Shown piece after piece: positions 28,248 through 38,567 of a stretch of DNA of 64,000 nucleotides; the stretch's first letter is position 1, and each line of letters begins with the position of its first letter. A program made the position numbers and the translations under genes. This DNA comes from Thermoanaerobaculia bacterium (GTDB lineage Bacteria; Acidobacteriota; Thermoanaerobaculia; Multivoradales; Multivoraceae), in NCBI GenBank assembly GCA_963666565.1, contig OY762911.1, forward strand, positions 2,176,001-2,240,000, read 5' to 3'. The notes below the pieces were generated by a model. It worked only from the letters and a program-made list of their open reading frames with translations, made no database searches and was not told the DNA's origin.

Positions 28248-28796
28248 GTGACGGGCGTGCCGGCGAGAGACGAGGAGTTGGTTCGGGCTGCCGCCGGGGG
28301 CGACCGGGAGGCATTCGCGGAGCTCCTCGACCTTCACTACGACCGGATTTTCCGGTTCTGCTTCCGGCTGACCGGCCGGCGGGAGGAGGCGGAGGACCTG
28401 ACGCAGGACATCTGTCTCGCCTTGCCGGGAAAGCTGAGCGGCTTCCGGGGCCAAGCTCGCGTGACGACCTGGCTGTACCGGATCGCGGTGAACGCGGTGC
28501 ATGACCGGCGGCGGCGGGACTCCAGCCGGGCGAAGGCGGCGGAGGGATGGGGAGACTGGGAAACGAATCGCCGGGCGACGGCGAGTGAGACGGCCGCCGA
28601 CCTCGATTGGCTGCGACGGGCCATGGGCGCCTTGCCGAGCGACCTGCGCGACACGGTCGCGCTCACGGTCGATGGCGAGATGACCCACCGTGACGCTGCG
28701 GAAGTGCTTGGGGTCTCCGAGGGCACCGTGAGTTGGCGGCTGTCGGAGGTACGCAAACGGCTGCGGGCCATGTGGCAGGAGGAAACAGGACGATGA
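28248..28796 (+). CDS. ECF sigma-70 factor
   Basis: 'AEDLTQD', 'TWLYRIAVN', 'AAEVLGVSEGTVSWRL'. Start uncertain. Confidence 0.88.
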   Translation: MTGVPARDEELVRAAAGGDREAFAELLDLHYDRIFRFCFRLTGRREEAEDLTQDICLALPGKLSGFRGQARVTTWLYRIAVNAVHDRRRRDSSRAKAAEGWGDWETNRRATASETAADLDWLRRAMGALPSDLRDTVALTVDGEMTHRDAAEVLGVSEGTVSWRLSEVRKRLRAMWQEETGR

Positions 28797-31042
28797 CCGA
28801 TCCACTCGACGATCTGAAACGCGCATTCGAGGACGCGACGCCTGAGCCGGATGCCGAGAGGCGGAAGGCGACGCTGGCCCGCGCGATGGAGTCGTTCGAC
28901 CGTGCCGAGAACTCGACGGCGGAGTCGCCTCGCACGGATAACCGCCTCGGTGCCTGGGGCGCTTTCGGACGCGAAGCGCGACATCTGCTTGCCGCCCTGA
29001 CCTCCCGGCCCGCGGTGGCCGTGGCCGCCGGCCTGGCCGCGGTCGGGCTGGCCGTTCTCTTCGTGTTCCTGGGCCGCGACGCGACGTCCCAGCCTGGAGT
29101 GGTCGTCGCTGACGCTGGCGGTGGCGAGAACGAGCGGGAGTGGGCGTCGCCGGATCCCTTGACCGGAGAACCTCGGGTGCGCGAGTTGGAGCGGTCGACG
29201 GACGCGCCTCCCTCGTCTCCGGACAAAGCGGCTGTTGCGGAACCCCTTGCGCAGAGGTTGGAACCGGCGGTCGCACGGCCTGGGTCCGAAGCTCCGCTGG
29301 CCGACTCTGGCGAGTCCGAGTCGGCGACGGTGCGCGAGGAAGCGAGCCTCGCTGAAGCGGAACCCGGGCCGGTGCCGGAACCGGCTACCGGCCGGGCTTC
29401 CGAGACCTACTGGCGCGAAAGAACCGAGGAACTCGGGCGGGAGATGGAGCGGACAATGGTCGCGATCGAGCGCGCGAGGGAACGGCAAGCCGGCGCGGTC
29501 GAGAGTGCCCGCCTGCAAGGGGCCGTCACGGTGGCTTCGGAGCCGCCTCTCGTTGCCAGCTTCGCGGCTTCGAGCCGCTCCCTGCCCGACGTCGTGGTCC
29601 AGCGGCCGCCGAACACGGAGGCCTTCGCCAACGAAGACGCCAGTCCGGTCAAGCTCGCGAGCGAGGAACCCGTCTCGACCTTCTCGATCGACGTCGACAC
29701 CGCGAGTTACTCCGTCGTCCGCTCTTCCCTGACGAACGGCCGTCTGCCCGCGCCGGAGTCGGTGCGGATCGAGGAACTCGTCAACTACTTCCCGTACGCC
29801 TATCCGCCGCCCGGCGAGGGCGGAGCGCCGTTCCGGCCGACGGTCACCGTCTCGGAGACGCCGTGGAACCCGGACACGCTGCTCATGCACCTCGGCATCC
29901 AGGGACGGCTGCCGGCGACCGACGACCGCCCGCCGCTCAACCTCGTCTTCCTGATCGACACGTCGGGTTCGATGGGCTGGCCGAACAAGCTGCCTCTGCT
30001 CGTGCAGTCGTTCCGGCTGATGATCGGCCAGCTCGATCCTGCCGACGAAGTCGCGATGGTCGCCTACGCCGGCAGCGCGGGCCGCGTGCTGGATCCGACC
30101 CCCGCCGCCGATCGCGGCGCGATTCTGGAAGCTCTCGACCGACTGAGCGCTGGCGGCTCGACCGCCGGAGCGGCGGGCATCCGGTTGGCCTACCGGGTCG
30201 CCGGGGACATGGCGGCCGACGGCGAGGGCGAGGTCACGCGGGTCATTCTGGCCACGGACGGCGACTTCAACGTCGGTATCTCGGAACCCGGTCAGCTCGA
30301 GAGCTTCATCGCGCGCCAGCGGGAGAGCGGCGTCTACCTGTCCGTGCTCGGCTTCGGGCGCGGCAACCTGGACGACGCGACGATGCAGGCGCTCGCCCAG
30401 CACGGCAACGGTCAGGCGGCCTACATCGACACGCTCGCGGAGGCGCGGAAGGTGCTCGTCGATCAACTCGTCGGCACGCTGTTCCCGATCGCGAACGACG
30501 TGAAGATCCAGGTCGAGTTCAACCCGGCCGAGGTCGCCGAGTACCGGCTGATCGGCTACGAGACGCGGGCGCTGCGGCGCGAGGACTTCAACAACGACCG
30601 GGTCGACGCCGGCGAGATCGGCGCCGGGCACGCGGTGACCGCCATCTACGAGGTGACGCCGGTGGGGTCGCCTGCCGTCCTGCACGACGCTCTGCGCTAT
30701 GCCGCCCGCGCGGCGGAACCGCCGGCGGCCGCGGAGGACCGTGCCGGGTCCCGGGAGCTCGCGTTCCTGCGGCTGCGCTACAAGGCGCCGGGCGAGGACA
30801 CGAGCGAACTCGTCGAACTGCCGATCGCCCGCGACGCGGGCGAGGCCGGCGCCGATCAGCGCTTCGCCGCGGCCGTTGCCGGGTTCGGGCAACTCCTGCG
30901 GGACGGCGCCTACACCGGCGGCTGGACCTGGGCCGACGCGATCGCGCTGGCCGAGGCGAACGCCGGCGACGACCGGTTCGGCTACCGCCGCGAGGCCGTG
31001 ACCCTGATGCGCCTCGCGGAGAGCCTGGCCGTGGCCCGGTAG
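28793..31042 (+). CDS. Membrane-anchored vWA-domain protein (YfbK-like), possible anti-sigma factor
   Basis: TM segment, 'STFSIDVDTASY', MIDAS 'DTSGSM', 'LATDGDFNVG'. ATGA overlap with the sigma gene. Confidence 0.85.
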   Translation: MTDPLDDLKRAFEDATPEPDAERRKATLARAMESFDRAENSTAESPRTDNRLGAWGAFGREARHLLAALTSRPAVAVAAGLAAVGLAVLFVFLGRDATSQPGVVVADAGGGENEREWASPDPLTGEPRVRELERSTDAPPSSPDKAAVAEPLAQRLEPAVARPGSEAPLADSGESESATVREEASLAEAEPGPVPEPATGRASETYWRERTEELGREMERTMVAIERARERQAGAVESARLQGAVTVASEPPLVASFAASSRSLPDVVVQRPPNTEAFANEDASPVKLASEEPVSTFSIDVDTASYSVVRSSLTNGRLPAPESVRIEELVNYFPYAYPPPGEGGAPFRPTVTVSETPWNPDTLLMHLGIQGRLPATDDRPPLNLVFLIDTSGSMGWPNKLPLLVQSFRLMIGQLDPADEVAMVAYAGSAGRVLDPTPAADRGAILEALDRLSAGGSTAGAAGIRLAYRVAGDMAADGEGEVTRVILATDGDFNVGISEPGQLESFIARQRESGVYLSVLGFGRGNLDDATMQALAQHGNGQAAYIDTLAEARKVLVDQLVGTLFPIANDVKIQVEFNPAEVAEYRLIGYETRALRREDFNNDRVDAGEIGAGHAVTAIYEVTPVGSPAVLHDALRYAARAAEPPAAAEDRAGSRELAFLRLRYKAPGEDTSELVELPIARDAGEAGADQRFAAAVAGFGQLLRDGAYTGGWTWADAIALAEANAGDDRFGYRREAVTLMRLAESLAVAR

Positions 31043-31129
31043 GTCGCTGGCCGGCCGGCGACCGACGGACCGTCTGCGGGCGGTCCTTGGTGGCCGGACG
31101 GCGACTGACGTGCCTCCTGTGGCCGGTCC

Positions 31130-31954
31130 TCAGTTGGCGCCCAGGAAGCCCCGCAGGCAGCGGGTGACGGCGCCTGGCGCCTCGGCCATCAGCATGTGGC
31201 CGGCGTCCGCGACCGTCACGAAGCCGGCGCCGCCGTCGGTGGAGCGGATGCGGTCGGCGAGCGCGCGGCCGGCCCTCGGCGGCGTCATCCGGTCCTTCGC
31301 GCCGGCCACGACGAGCGTGGGGCACGCGACGCCCGGCGCGCTCTCGCTGCCCTCCCACTCGTTGCAGGCGGCGAAGTCGCGGTGGAGCACCTCCGGCTCG
31401 CAGCGGTCGAGCAGCGCCATCGTCGATCCGAGCATCCAGAGTCCCGGGGACTCGGCGCCGCCGAAGTGGGCGCCGGAGCCGTGCCCGAAGGCGGCGATGA
31501 ACCGGTGGGCATCGAGCGGCCGCTTCAGGGTGTCCGCCAGCAGGCCGGGGTTGACCCGGAGCGTCTCGCCGGCGCCGAGCAGGGCCAGCCGGTTCACGCG
31601 GCCGTTCAGCCGGGACGCCGCGTCGACCGCGATGCAGGCGCCCATCGAGTGGCCGACGAGCGCGATGTCCTGGCTGCCCGCTCGTTCCGCCGCCGCTTCC
31701 GCGAAGTCGACGGTCCAGGCGGCGTAGTCGGCGATCGTTGCGATGCCGTCCAGATCCTCGGACGCTCCGTGACCCGGCAGGTCGGACGCGGCGACGTTCC
31801 AGCCGTGCTGGGCCAGCGACCGGGCCTGCAGCGCCCACACCGTGTGGTCGCTGCCGGCGCCGTGGAGAAGCAGGGCCAGCGGTTGCCCCTCCCGCCAGGC
31901 GGCGCCGCCCGTGCCGCAGTACGCCTCGCGGCCCTGGATCTCCAGTTCGGTCAT
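31130..31954 (-). CDS. Alpha/beta hydrolase
   Basis: 'LHGAG', 'DLPGHG', 'GHSMG', 'AGHMLM'. Confidence 0.88.
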   Translation of the reverse strand: MTELEIQGREAYCGTGGAAWREGQPLALLLHGAGSDHTVWALQARSLAQHGWNVAASDLPGHGASEDLDGIATIADYAAWTVDFAEAAAERAGSQDIALVGHSMGACIAVDAASRLNGRVNRLALLGAGETLRVNPGLLADTLKRPLDAHRFIAAFGHGSGAHFGGAESPGLWMLGSTMALLDRCEPEVLHRDFAACNEWEGSESAPGVACPTLVVAGAKDRMTPPRAGRALADRIRSTDGGAGFVTVADAGHMLMAEAPGAVTRCLRGFLGAN

Positions 31955-32014
31955 CGGTGTGGGCTCAGTCGTCGGGACGGGTCAGGAGATCGTCGGCGTG
32001 GGCGCGGCGACGGG

Positions 32015-33337
32015 TCAGGAGGCGACCGCTCGCGGCCGCTGCATCCGCCGCTGCGAGCGCTTGAGCGCCCGGTCGAGATCGGCTGTGAGGTCCTGGGGAT
32101 CCTCCAGGCCGACGGAGAGCCGCACCATCTCCTGGGTCACGCCGGACTCGGCGAGTTCCTCGGCGGTCATCTGCTGGTGCGTCGTGCTCGCGGGGTGAAT
32201 GACCAGGCTCTTCGCGTCGCCGACATTGGCGAGATGCGACCAGAGCTCAAGGCCCTCGATGAAGGCGATCCCGGCCTCGATACCGCCGCGAATCCCGAAG
32301 GTGAGCAGCGCGCCGCTGCCCTTCGGCAGCAGCTTCCGGGCCAGCTCGTGCTGCGGGTGGCTCGGCAGGTCGGGATAGCTGACCCACTCGACGGCCTCGT
32401 GCCGTTCCAGGAACCCGGCGATCTCCCGTGCGTTCTCCACGTGGCGGGCGACCCGGAGCGGCAGGGTCTCCAGGCCCTGGAGCAGGTAGAAGGCGGCCTG
32501 CGGGTTGAGGCAGGCGCCGAAGTCGCGCAGTCCTTCGAGCCTCGCCTTCAGGATGAAGGCCGGCGGGCCGTAGTGCTCGGCGAAGGCGATGCCGTGGTAG
32601 CCCGGGCAGGGCTCGGTCATGATCGGGAACCGTCCGGAGGCGGCCCAGTCGAACTTGCCGCTGTCGACCAGGACGCCGCCCAGGGTGACGCCGTGGCCGC
32701 CGATGAACTTGGTCGCCGAGTGCATCACGATGTCCGCGCCGAGCTCGATCGGCCGCGACAGGAACGGGGTACCGAAGGTGTTGTCGATCAGAAGCGGCAC
32801 GCCGGTCTCGTGCGCGAGGTCGGCGACGGCGGGGATGTCCAGCACGTCGATCCGCGGGTTGCCGATCGTCTCGCCGAAGAACAGCTTCGTGTTCGGACGG
32901 GCGGCGCGCCGGAAGTTCGCGGGGTCGGTCGGTTCGACGAAGGTCGTCTCGATGCCGAACCGGCGGAGGGTGTGGTTCAGCAGGTTGTGCGTACCGCCGT
33001 AGATGGCGGCCGAGGAGACGACGTGGTCGCCGGCGGAGAGGATGGTCGCCGCCGCCAAGTGGAACGCCGACTGCCCGGACGCGGTGGCGACCGCGCCGAC
33101 GCCGCCTTCGAGGGCGGCGATCCGCTCCTCGAACACGGCCACCGTCGGGTTGGAGATCCGCGAGTAGATGTGGCCGGCTTCCTCCAGGTTGAACAGGCCG
33201 GCGGCGTGGTCCGTGTCCCGGAACACGTACGACGTCGAGTTCACCACGGGCACGGCCCTGGCGCCGGTCGCCGGGTCGGGCCGCTGGCCGGCGTGAAGGG
33301 ACAGAGTGTCGAACTTGTAGAACCAGTCGCTGCTCAT
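32015..33337 (-). CDS. metY: O-acetylhomoserine aminocarboxypropyltransferase
   Basis: 'YSRISNPT', 'HSATKFIGGHG', 'LANVGDAKSL', 'HPASTTH'. Confidence 0.88.
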   Translation of the reverse strand: MSSDWFYKFDTLSLHAGQRPDPATGARAVPVVNSTSYVFRDTDHAAGLFNLEEAGHIYSRISNPTVAVFEERIAALEGGVGAVATASGQSAFHLAAATILSAGDHVVSSAAIYGGTHNLLNHTLRRFGIETTFVEPTDPANFRRAARPNTKLFFGETIGNPRIDVLDIPAVADLAHETGVPLLIDNTFGTPFLSRPIELGADIVMHSATKFIGGHGVTLGGVLVDSGKFDWAASGRFPIMTEPCPGYHGIAFAEHYGPPAFILKARLEGLRDFGACLNPQAAFYLLQGLETLPLRVARHVENAREIAGFLERHEAVEWVSYPDLPSHPQHELARKLLPKGSGALLTFGIRGGIEAGIAFIEGLELWSHLANVGDAKSLVIHPASTTHQQMTAEELAESGVTQEMVRLSVGLEDPQDLTADLDRALKRSQRRMQRPRAVAS

Positions 33338-33421
33338 GCGGTTGCCCCCGGGTCGATTGCGGCGCGAGGCGGACCGTGAGTGTAGCTGTAGCGGCGGGGC
33401 GAGGTGCCCGCCCGCCCGGCC

Positions 33422-33582
33422 GGGGCTTGGGGGGTCGGCCCCCTGGCGCCGCTCGCGCTTGGTCGGATGATGAAGGGGGGTGCGCTCGCTGCACTCCGCT
33501 CGCTTCGGTCCGTCGCCGGTTGCCGCACGGGCATGGGAAGTCGCTCGCTCCGAGCCGCCAGGGGGCCGACCCCCCAAGCCCC
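33422..33582. repeat. Long-hairpin element, family 2 (27-bp perfect inverted repeat)
   Basis: 33422-33448 is the reverse complement of 33556-33582. The interior resembles 40469-40579. Confidence 0.75.
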
Positions 33583-33616
33583 TGGGGCGGGCTGGACGTC
33601 GTCGGGCTGCCTCACA

Positions 33617-33695
33617 CTGGGTGCGCGGGTCCTCTGACCCGCTGCCGCCGAAGGCGGCCAGGAGAACGCGCCGGCCGGAGGCCTGCGCCGCCCGG
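33617..33695. repeat. Partial REPIN/MITE-like element
   Basis: REP unit at 33617-33642 plus shared internal sequence. Confidence 0.7.
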
Positions 33696-33748
33696 CGGTC
33701 ACTGCTCCCCATGTGTCGTGTGGCAGAGTCGGGCGCCGAGGATGCTCG

Positions 33749-34663
33749 ATGGGAATCGTCGAAGAGTGGCATGAGTGCCTGGACCGGGGGGAGATCCTGC
33801 TCCTCGATGGGGGTACCGGAACGGAGCTGGAGCGTCGCGGCGTGCCGATGGATTCGGCGGCCTGGTGCGGGACGGCGGCGTTGGAGCACCGGGAGGCGAT
33901 CCGTGACCTTCACGAGGACTACATCCGGGCCGGGGCCGACGCGATCGTCACGAACACGTTCGCGACGCACCGGCCGTTGCTGGAGGCGGCGGGCCTGGGC
34001 GACAAGGTCGGGCTGATCGTGCGGCGGGCCGTGGAGGCGGCGCTGGAGGCGCGGGAGCGGGCCGGGTGTCCGGGCGTGCTCGTCGCGGGATCGATGTCGA
34101 CCATGCCGGCGAGCAACGTCCGGGGCGGCTACGAGCCGCTCGACGTGCAGATGGCGGCTTATCGCGAGCAGTGCGGCCTGCTGGCTGACGCCGGCGTCGA
34201 TGTCGTCGCGCTCGAGATGATGCAGGACGGCGAGCGGGCGGCGCTCGCGTTCGAGGCCGCAAAGGAGACTGGCCTGCCGGTGTGGCTCGGCGTCAGCGCG
34301 CGGAAGGACCCGGACAGCGGCGCGATCACGCCGTTCAACTGGCCCGACGAGTCCTTCGAGGACCTTCTCGATGCACTGATTCCGCTCGGCCCCTCGATCG
34401 TCCACGTGATGCACAGCGAGATCGCGGCGGTGCCGGAGGCGGTGGCGATGGTCCAGGAGCGCTGGGACGGACCTGTCGGCGTGTACCCGGAGTCGGGCTA
34501 CTTCACGATGCCGAACTGGAACTTCGTCGACGTGATCGATCCGGCCGATCTGCTGGAGGAGGCGCGCGGCTGGGTGGCCGCGGGCGTTCGGATCGTCGGC
34601 GGCTGCTGCGGGTTGGGGATCGAGCACATCCGGTCCCTGGGGGCGCTTCGCGAGTCCGGCTGA
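33749..34663 (+). CDS. Homocysteine S-methyltransferase family protein
   Basis: 'LLDGGTGTEL', 'AGADAIVTNTF', 'VGGCCG'. Confidence 0.88.
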   Translation: MGIVEEWHECLDRGEILLLDGGTGTELERRGVPMDSAAWCGTAALEHREAIRDLHEDYIRAGADAIVTNTFATHRPLLEAAGLGDKVGLIVRRAVEAALEARERAGCPGVLVAGSMSTMPASNVRGGYEPLDVQMAAYREQCGLLADAGVDVVALEMMQDGERAALAFEAAKETGLPVWLGVSARKDPDSGAITPFNWPDESFEDLLDALIPLGPSIVHVMHSEIAAVPEAVAMVQERWDGPVGVYPESGYFTMPNWNFVDVIDPADLLEEARGWVAAGVRIVGGCCGLGIEHIRSLGALRESG

Positions 34664-34679
34664 GGAGGACGGAACGATC

Positions 34680-35162
34680 GTGGCAGCCGGAGGCGAACCG
34701 GATCGAGCCCGGACGGCTTTCGAGCCGCCGTTGCTCGTGCTGGTCTGCCTGGTCGTCGGCTTCGGGCTGTCCTGGCTGCTGCCCCTCCGGATCTGGCCGG
34801 TCGGAACCAATCGGGGCCTGGTGATCGCCGGCGTGGCGGTCGTGGCCGCCAGCTTCGCGTGGTTGGTCTGGTCGGCGTTGACGATGGTCCGCGGCGGCTC
34901 CTCCCTGCCGGTTCATCATCCGACCGCGAAGCTGGTGATCGGGGGGCCTTACCGGTGGTCCCGCAACCCGATCTACACCTGCATGGTGCTGGCGTTGCTG
35001 GGACTTGCGCTGGCAAGGGCCAGTTGGTGGTTCGTCGGGCTGGCTGTAGCGGCGGCGCTCCTGCTGCGCTGGGGCGTCATCCTGCGGGAAGAGGTCTACC
35101 TGGAACGCAGGTTCGGCGACGAGTACCGCGACTATGCGAGCCGCGTCCGGCGCTGGCTGTAG
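34680..35162 (+). CDS. Isoprenylcysteine carboxyl methyltransferase (Ste14/PEMT) family membrane protein
   Basis: 'GPYRWSRNPIY', 'REEVYLERRFGDEY..Y..RVRRWL'. Confidence 0.88.
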   Translation: MAAGGEPDRARTAFEPPLLVLVCLVVGFGLSWLLPLRIWPVGTNRGLVIAGVAVVAASFAWLVWSALTMVRGGSSLPVHHPTAKLVIGGPYRWSRNPIYTCMVLALLGLALARASWWFVGLAVAAALLLRWGVILREEVYLERRFGDEYRDYASRVRRWL

Positions 35163-35179
35163 GCGCCGGCGGCGCGCTC

Positions 35180-35206
35180 GCTGGGTGCGCGGGTCTTCTG
35201 ACCCGC
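35180..35206. repeat. REP-like palindrome, single copy
   Basis: GCTGGGTGCGCGGGTCTTCTGACCCGC. Confidence 0.75.
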
Positions 35207-35241
35207 ATCGAGCGCGATGCTGCGAAGCAGCGAGCACGAAC

Positions 35242-37632
35242 CTGTTCCGTTCGAGCTGGCGTTTCCTGTCGGCCATCGCCGTCGCCCTGGTCTTTGCCGC
35301 CTGCGGACCGCCGCGGGAGGACGCGGCGACCCCGCCGGCGCGCGCGGACGTCGAGCGCCTGCTCGCGGGCGCCTCGACCGGGCAGCCGCCGGTCGTCCTG
35401 ATCACGATCGACACGCTGCGGGCCGACCGGCTATCGAGCTACGGCTCGGACCGGGTCGCGACGCCGCACATCGACCGGCTTGCCGCCGAGGGCATCCGCT
35501 TCGCCAATGCGTCGTCGACGGTGCCGTTCACGCTGCCGGCCCACAGCTCGATCATGACCGGGCTCTACCCGCCGTCGCACGGCGTGCGCGAGAACGTCGG
35601 CTACGTGCTGGCGCCCGAGCTCGCGACGATCGCCGAGCGGTTCCGGGACGCGGGCTACCTGACCGGCGGCTTCGTCAGCGCCTTCGTGCTCGATGCGCGC
35701 TGGGGGATCGCCCGCGGCTTCGACGCCTACGTCGACGACTTCGACCTCGACGCGATGGCGGGCGCGAACCTGGGCTCGGTCCAGCGGGCCGGCACGGAGA
35801 CGATCGGGCACGCCCTGGCGTGGCTCGACGAGACCGTCCTTTCCGCTGGCCGCGCCGCCGATGCCAGCGGCGCTACGGGGAGGCCGCCCTTCTTCATGTG
35901 GCTGCATCTGTTCGATCCGCACGACCCCTACGAACCGCCCGAGCCCTTCCGTTCCGAGTACGAGGGGCGACCCTACGACGGCGAAGTGGCGTACACGGAC
36001 TCTCTGATCGGCGATTTCCGCGCCGCCCTCGAGCGGCGCGGGCTGGTCGACGAGTCCGTCGTCGTGCTGACGTCGGACCACGGCGAGGGACTTGGCGACC
36101 ACGGCGAGAGCTACCACGGGTTCTTCGTGTACGACTCCACCGTCCACGTGCCGCTCATCGTCCGGCTGCCCGGCGGCGTCGAAAGCGGACGGGTGGTCAC
36201 CGACGCCGTGAGCCACGTCGACATCGCGCCGACCCTGATCGAACTGCTGGACCTCGACGTGGCCGGCGCGTTCCAGGGCCGGAGCCTGCTCCCGGACATG
36301 CAGGGGCTGCCGAATCCCCTTGCCGAACGCGGCGTCTACGCCGAGTCCTTCTACGCGCTCGACCACTACGGCTGGGCGCCGCTCCGTTCGCTGCGCACGA
36401 CGGAGCACAAGTACATCGAGGCGCCCGATCCCGAGCTCTACGCTCTGCTCGAGGATCCGGGCGAACTCGCCAACGTTCTCCTCGAAGAGCGCGATCTGTC
36501 GCGCCGCCTGCGAACGGAGGCGCTCGAACTCGCGGCGGAACTCGACCGGGCGGCGCCGACTTCCAGCGCGGAACCGGACCTCGACGAGGACACGCTGGCG
36601 CAGTTGCGCGCGCTCGGCTACCTCGCCGGCCGCGGGGCCGCCGGCCGGGAGGACGCGGAAGGCCCGCGCGCCGACCCGAAGGACAAGGCGCACCTGCACC
36701 GCGCCATCATGCGGGCGCAGAGCGCCTTCGGCGCCGGCGACGAAGACGCGGCCGCGGCCGAGCTTCGGGCGGCCTTGTCCGAGGACGAGGGGCTGCTCGA
36801 CGCGCACCAGCTCCTGGGCACGATCACCCTCCTGGCGGGCGACCCGGAGCCGGCGATCGGCCACTTCCGGAGCGCGCTGGCCCTCGATCCCGAGCACCGG
36901 CAGTCCCTGCTCGGCCTCGCCAACGCCTACCGCGAACTGGGACGCATCGACGAGGCGGTGGTCGGCTACCGCCGGCTGCTCGACGTCGCGGGTCAGGATG
37001 CCAAGGCGACGATGGCGCTGGCGCGGATCCACGTCGACCGCGGCGAGCTGAGCGAAGCGGAGCGGGTGCTGGCGGCGGCCGCCGAGGGGCGCGAACCGCC
37101 CGCGGTCGTCACGAACAAGCTGGGCGAGGTGATGGCGCTCCTCGGCCGCAGCGGCGACGCGGAGGCGAAGTTCCGGCAGGCCATCTCCTCGAACCCGGAA
37201 CTGGGCGAGGCCCACTTCAACCTCGCCGTCCTGCTGGACGAGTCGGGGAGGACGGAGGCCGCGATCGCGGCCTACCGGCGGGCCGCGGAACTGAGGGCGC
37301 GGGACCACCGGCCCCGCTTCAATCTGGGCCGCCTCCACGGCCGGCAGGGCCGCGCGGATCTCCAGATCGAGGCGTACCGCGAAGCGGTGGAGGCGGCGCC
37401 GGACTTCGCCCTCGGCCACTTTCACCTGGCGAAGGCGCTGATGGATCACGGGCGCGACCTTGAGGAGGCGGAGGCCCTGGCGCGCCGCGGTCTGGAGGGC
37501 GAGCCGGCCGGCCGGGACGGCGCGCTCGGCTACTTCGTGCTCGCCGACATCCTGAACCGGCTGGGCCGCCCGGCCGAGGAACGGCAGGCACTGGCCCGCG
37601 GACAGGAGTTGCTAGCCGGCGGCGAACGCTGA
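35242..37632 (+). CDS. Sulfatase-like lipoprotein with C-terminal TPR repeats (start uncertain)
   Basis: Lipobox 'VFAAC', 'ITIDTLRAD', 'TLPAHSSIMTG', 'TSDHGE', TPR helices. Confidence 0.85.
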   Translation: MFRSSWRFLSAIAVALVFAACGPPREDAATPPARADVERLLAGASTGQPPVVLITIDTLRADRLSSYGSDRVATPHIDRLAAEGIRFANASSTVPFTLPAHSSIMTGLYPPSHGVRENVGYVLAPELATIAERFRDAGYLTGGFVSAFVLDARWGIARGFDAYVDDFDLDAMAGANLGSVQRAGTETIGHALAWLDETVLSAGRAADASGATGRPPFFMWLHLFDPHDPYEPPEPFRSEYEGRPYDGEVAYTDSLIGDFRAALERRGLVDESVVVLTSDHGEGLGDHGESYHGFFVYDSTVHVPLIVRLPGGVESGRVVTDAVSHVDIAPTLIELLDLDVAGAFQGRSLLPDMQGLPNPLAERGVYAESFYALDHYGWAPLRSLRTTEHKYIEAPDPELYALLEDPGELANVLLEERDLSRRLRTEALELAAELDRAAPTSSAEPDLDEDTLAQLRALGYLAGRGAAGREDAEGPRADPKDKAHLHRAIMRAQSAFGAGDEDAAAAELRAALSEDEGLLDAHQLLGTITLLAGDPEPAIGHFRSALALDPEHRQSLLGLANAYRELGRIDEAVVGYRRLLDVAGQDAKATMALARIHVDRGELSEAERVLAAAAEGREPPAVVTNKLGEVMALLGRSGDAEAKFRQAISSNPELGEAHFNLAVLLDESGRTEAAIAAYRRAAELRARDHRPRFNLGRLHGRQGRADLQIEAYREAVEAAPDFALGHFHLAKALMDHGRDLEEAEALARRGLEGEPAGRDGALGYFVLADILNRLGRPAEERQALARGQELLAGGER

Positions 37633-38472
37633 GGCCACGAGGTCCGCCATCCGTCGCGGATCCTCCAGCGGGCCGAGGTGGCCGAGACCCTCGATCTCCA
37701 GGAAGCGCACGTTCGGCAGTTCGCCGACGATCGCCTCGGCCCAGTACGCGGGCCCCGGCGTGAGCACGGCGCCGCGCATCAGGGTCACCGGGCACTCCAC
37801 CTGGCGGAGCCCGTCCCAGGCGCGGTGGTGCGGCCCCATCAGGTAGAGCTGCGCCTCCACGTCGGGGCTGCACTTGATCTCGACCTCGCCGTCCCCGGCC
37901 GGCGCGAAGCCGTGCCGGACGTAGGCATCCAGCGCCTCCGGGTCGAGCAGGGAGTAGGGAACCTTCTCCGCGTAGTTGGCGACGGCGGCCTCGCGCGACG
38001 CGAAGCGCCTGCGGCGATGCCGGGTCCGGTCGACCCACATGCCGAGACGGGCGTCGTCGTCGGTCACGCCGGGCGGATAGATGACCGGCTCGTAGCAGAC
38101 GAGTCCGGCGAACAGGTCCGGTCGCCGCGGCGCGATCATCAGCAGCGAGGCGGCGCCCATCGAGTGGCCGAAACCGAACAGCGGGCCGCCGGCGCCGAGT
38201 TCCAGCGCGTCGATCGCGGCGAGCAGATCCTCGGCGCAACTCTCCCAGGAGTAGTCGAGCCCGTCCGGCGCGGAGGCGTCGCCGTGGCCCCGCAGGTCGA
38301 CGCCGATGCGCCTGAAGCCGTCGAGCCGCTCCAGCATCGGGTCGTAGACCCGACCGTGGAAGCCGGTGGCGTGGCCGACGATCAGGTCGGGGCCTTCGCC
38401 GCCGAAGTCGTGGACCGCGAGTTCGACGCCGTCCGTGGACGGCACGCGCTGGACGGAGACCGGTTCGAGCAT
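37612..38472 (-). CDS. Alpha/beta hydrolase
   Basis: 'HATGF', 'DLRGHG', 'GHSMG'. Confidence 0.88.
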   Translation of the reverse strand: MLEPVSVQRVPSTDGVELAVHDFGGEGPDLIVGHATGFHGRVYDPMLERLDGFRRIGVDLRGHGDASAPDGLDYSWESCAEDLLAAIDALELGAGGPLFGFGHSMGAASLLMIAPRRPDLFAGLVCYEPVIYPPGVTDDDARLGMWVDRTRHRRRRFASREAAVANYAEKVPYSLLDPEALDAYVRHGFAPAGDGEVEIKCSPDVEAQLYLMGPHHRAWDGLRQVECPVTLMRGAVLTPGPAYWAEAIVGELPNVRFLEIEGLGHLGPLEDPRRMADLVASAFAAG

Positions 38473-38567
38473 GGGCGGCGGAACCCGGGAGTTCGGGCCG
38501 AGGGAACGTAGCGGAGTGAGTTCCGGGGTGCAAGCCTGACCGCGGGGCTTCGTTGCAGAATAGGGCG

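Noticed and set aside
31976-32021. 13-bp direct repeat GACGGGTCAGGAG around the metY stop
   Set aside because: A short local duplication with no cargo; too little evidence for function.
33338-33748. SAM riboswitch between metY and the homocysteine methyltransferase gene
   Set aside because: I recognised no SAM-I/II/IV consensus, and the space is explained by two repeat elements. An Rfam scan would settle it.
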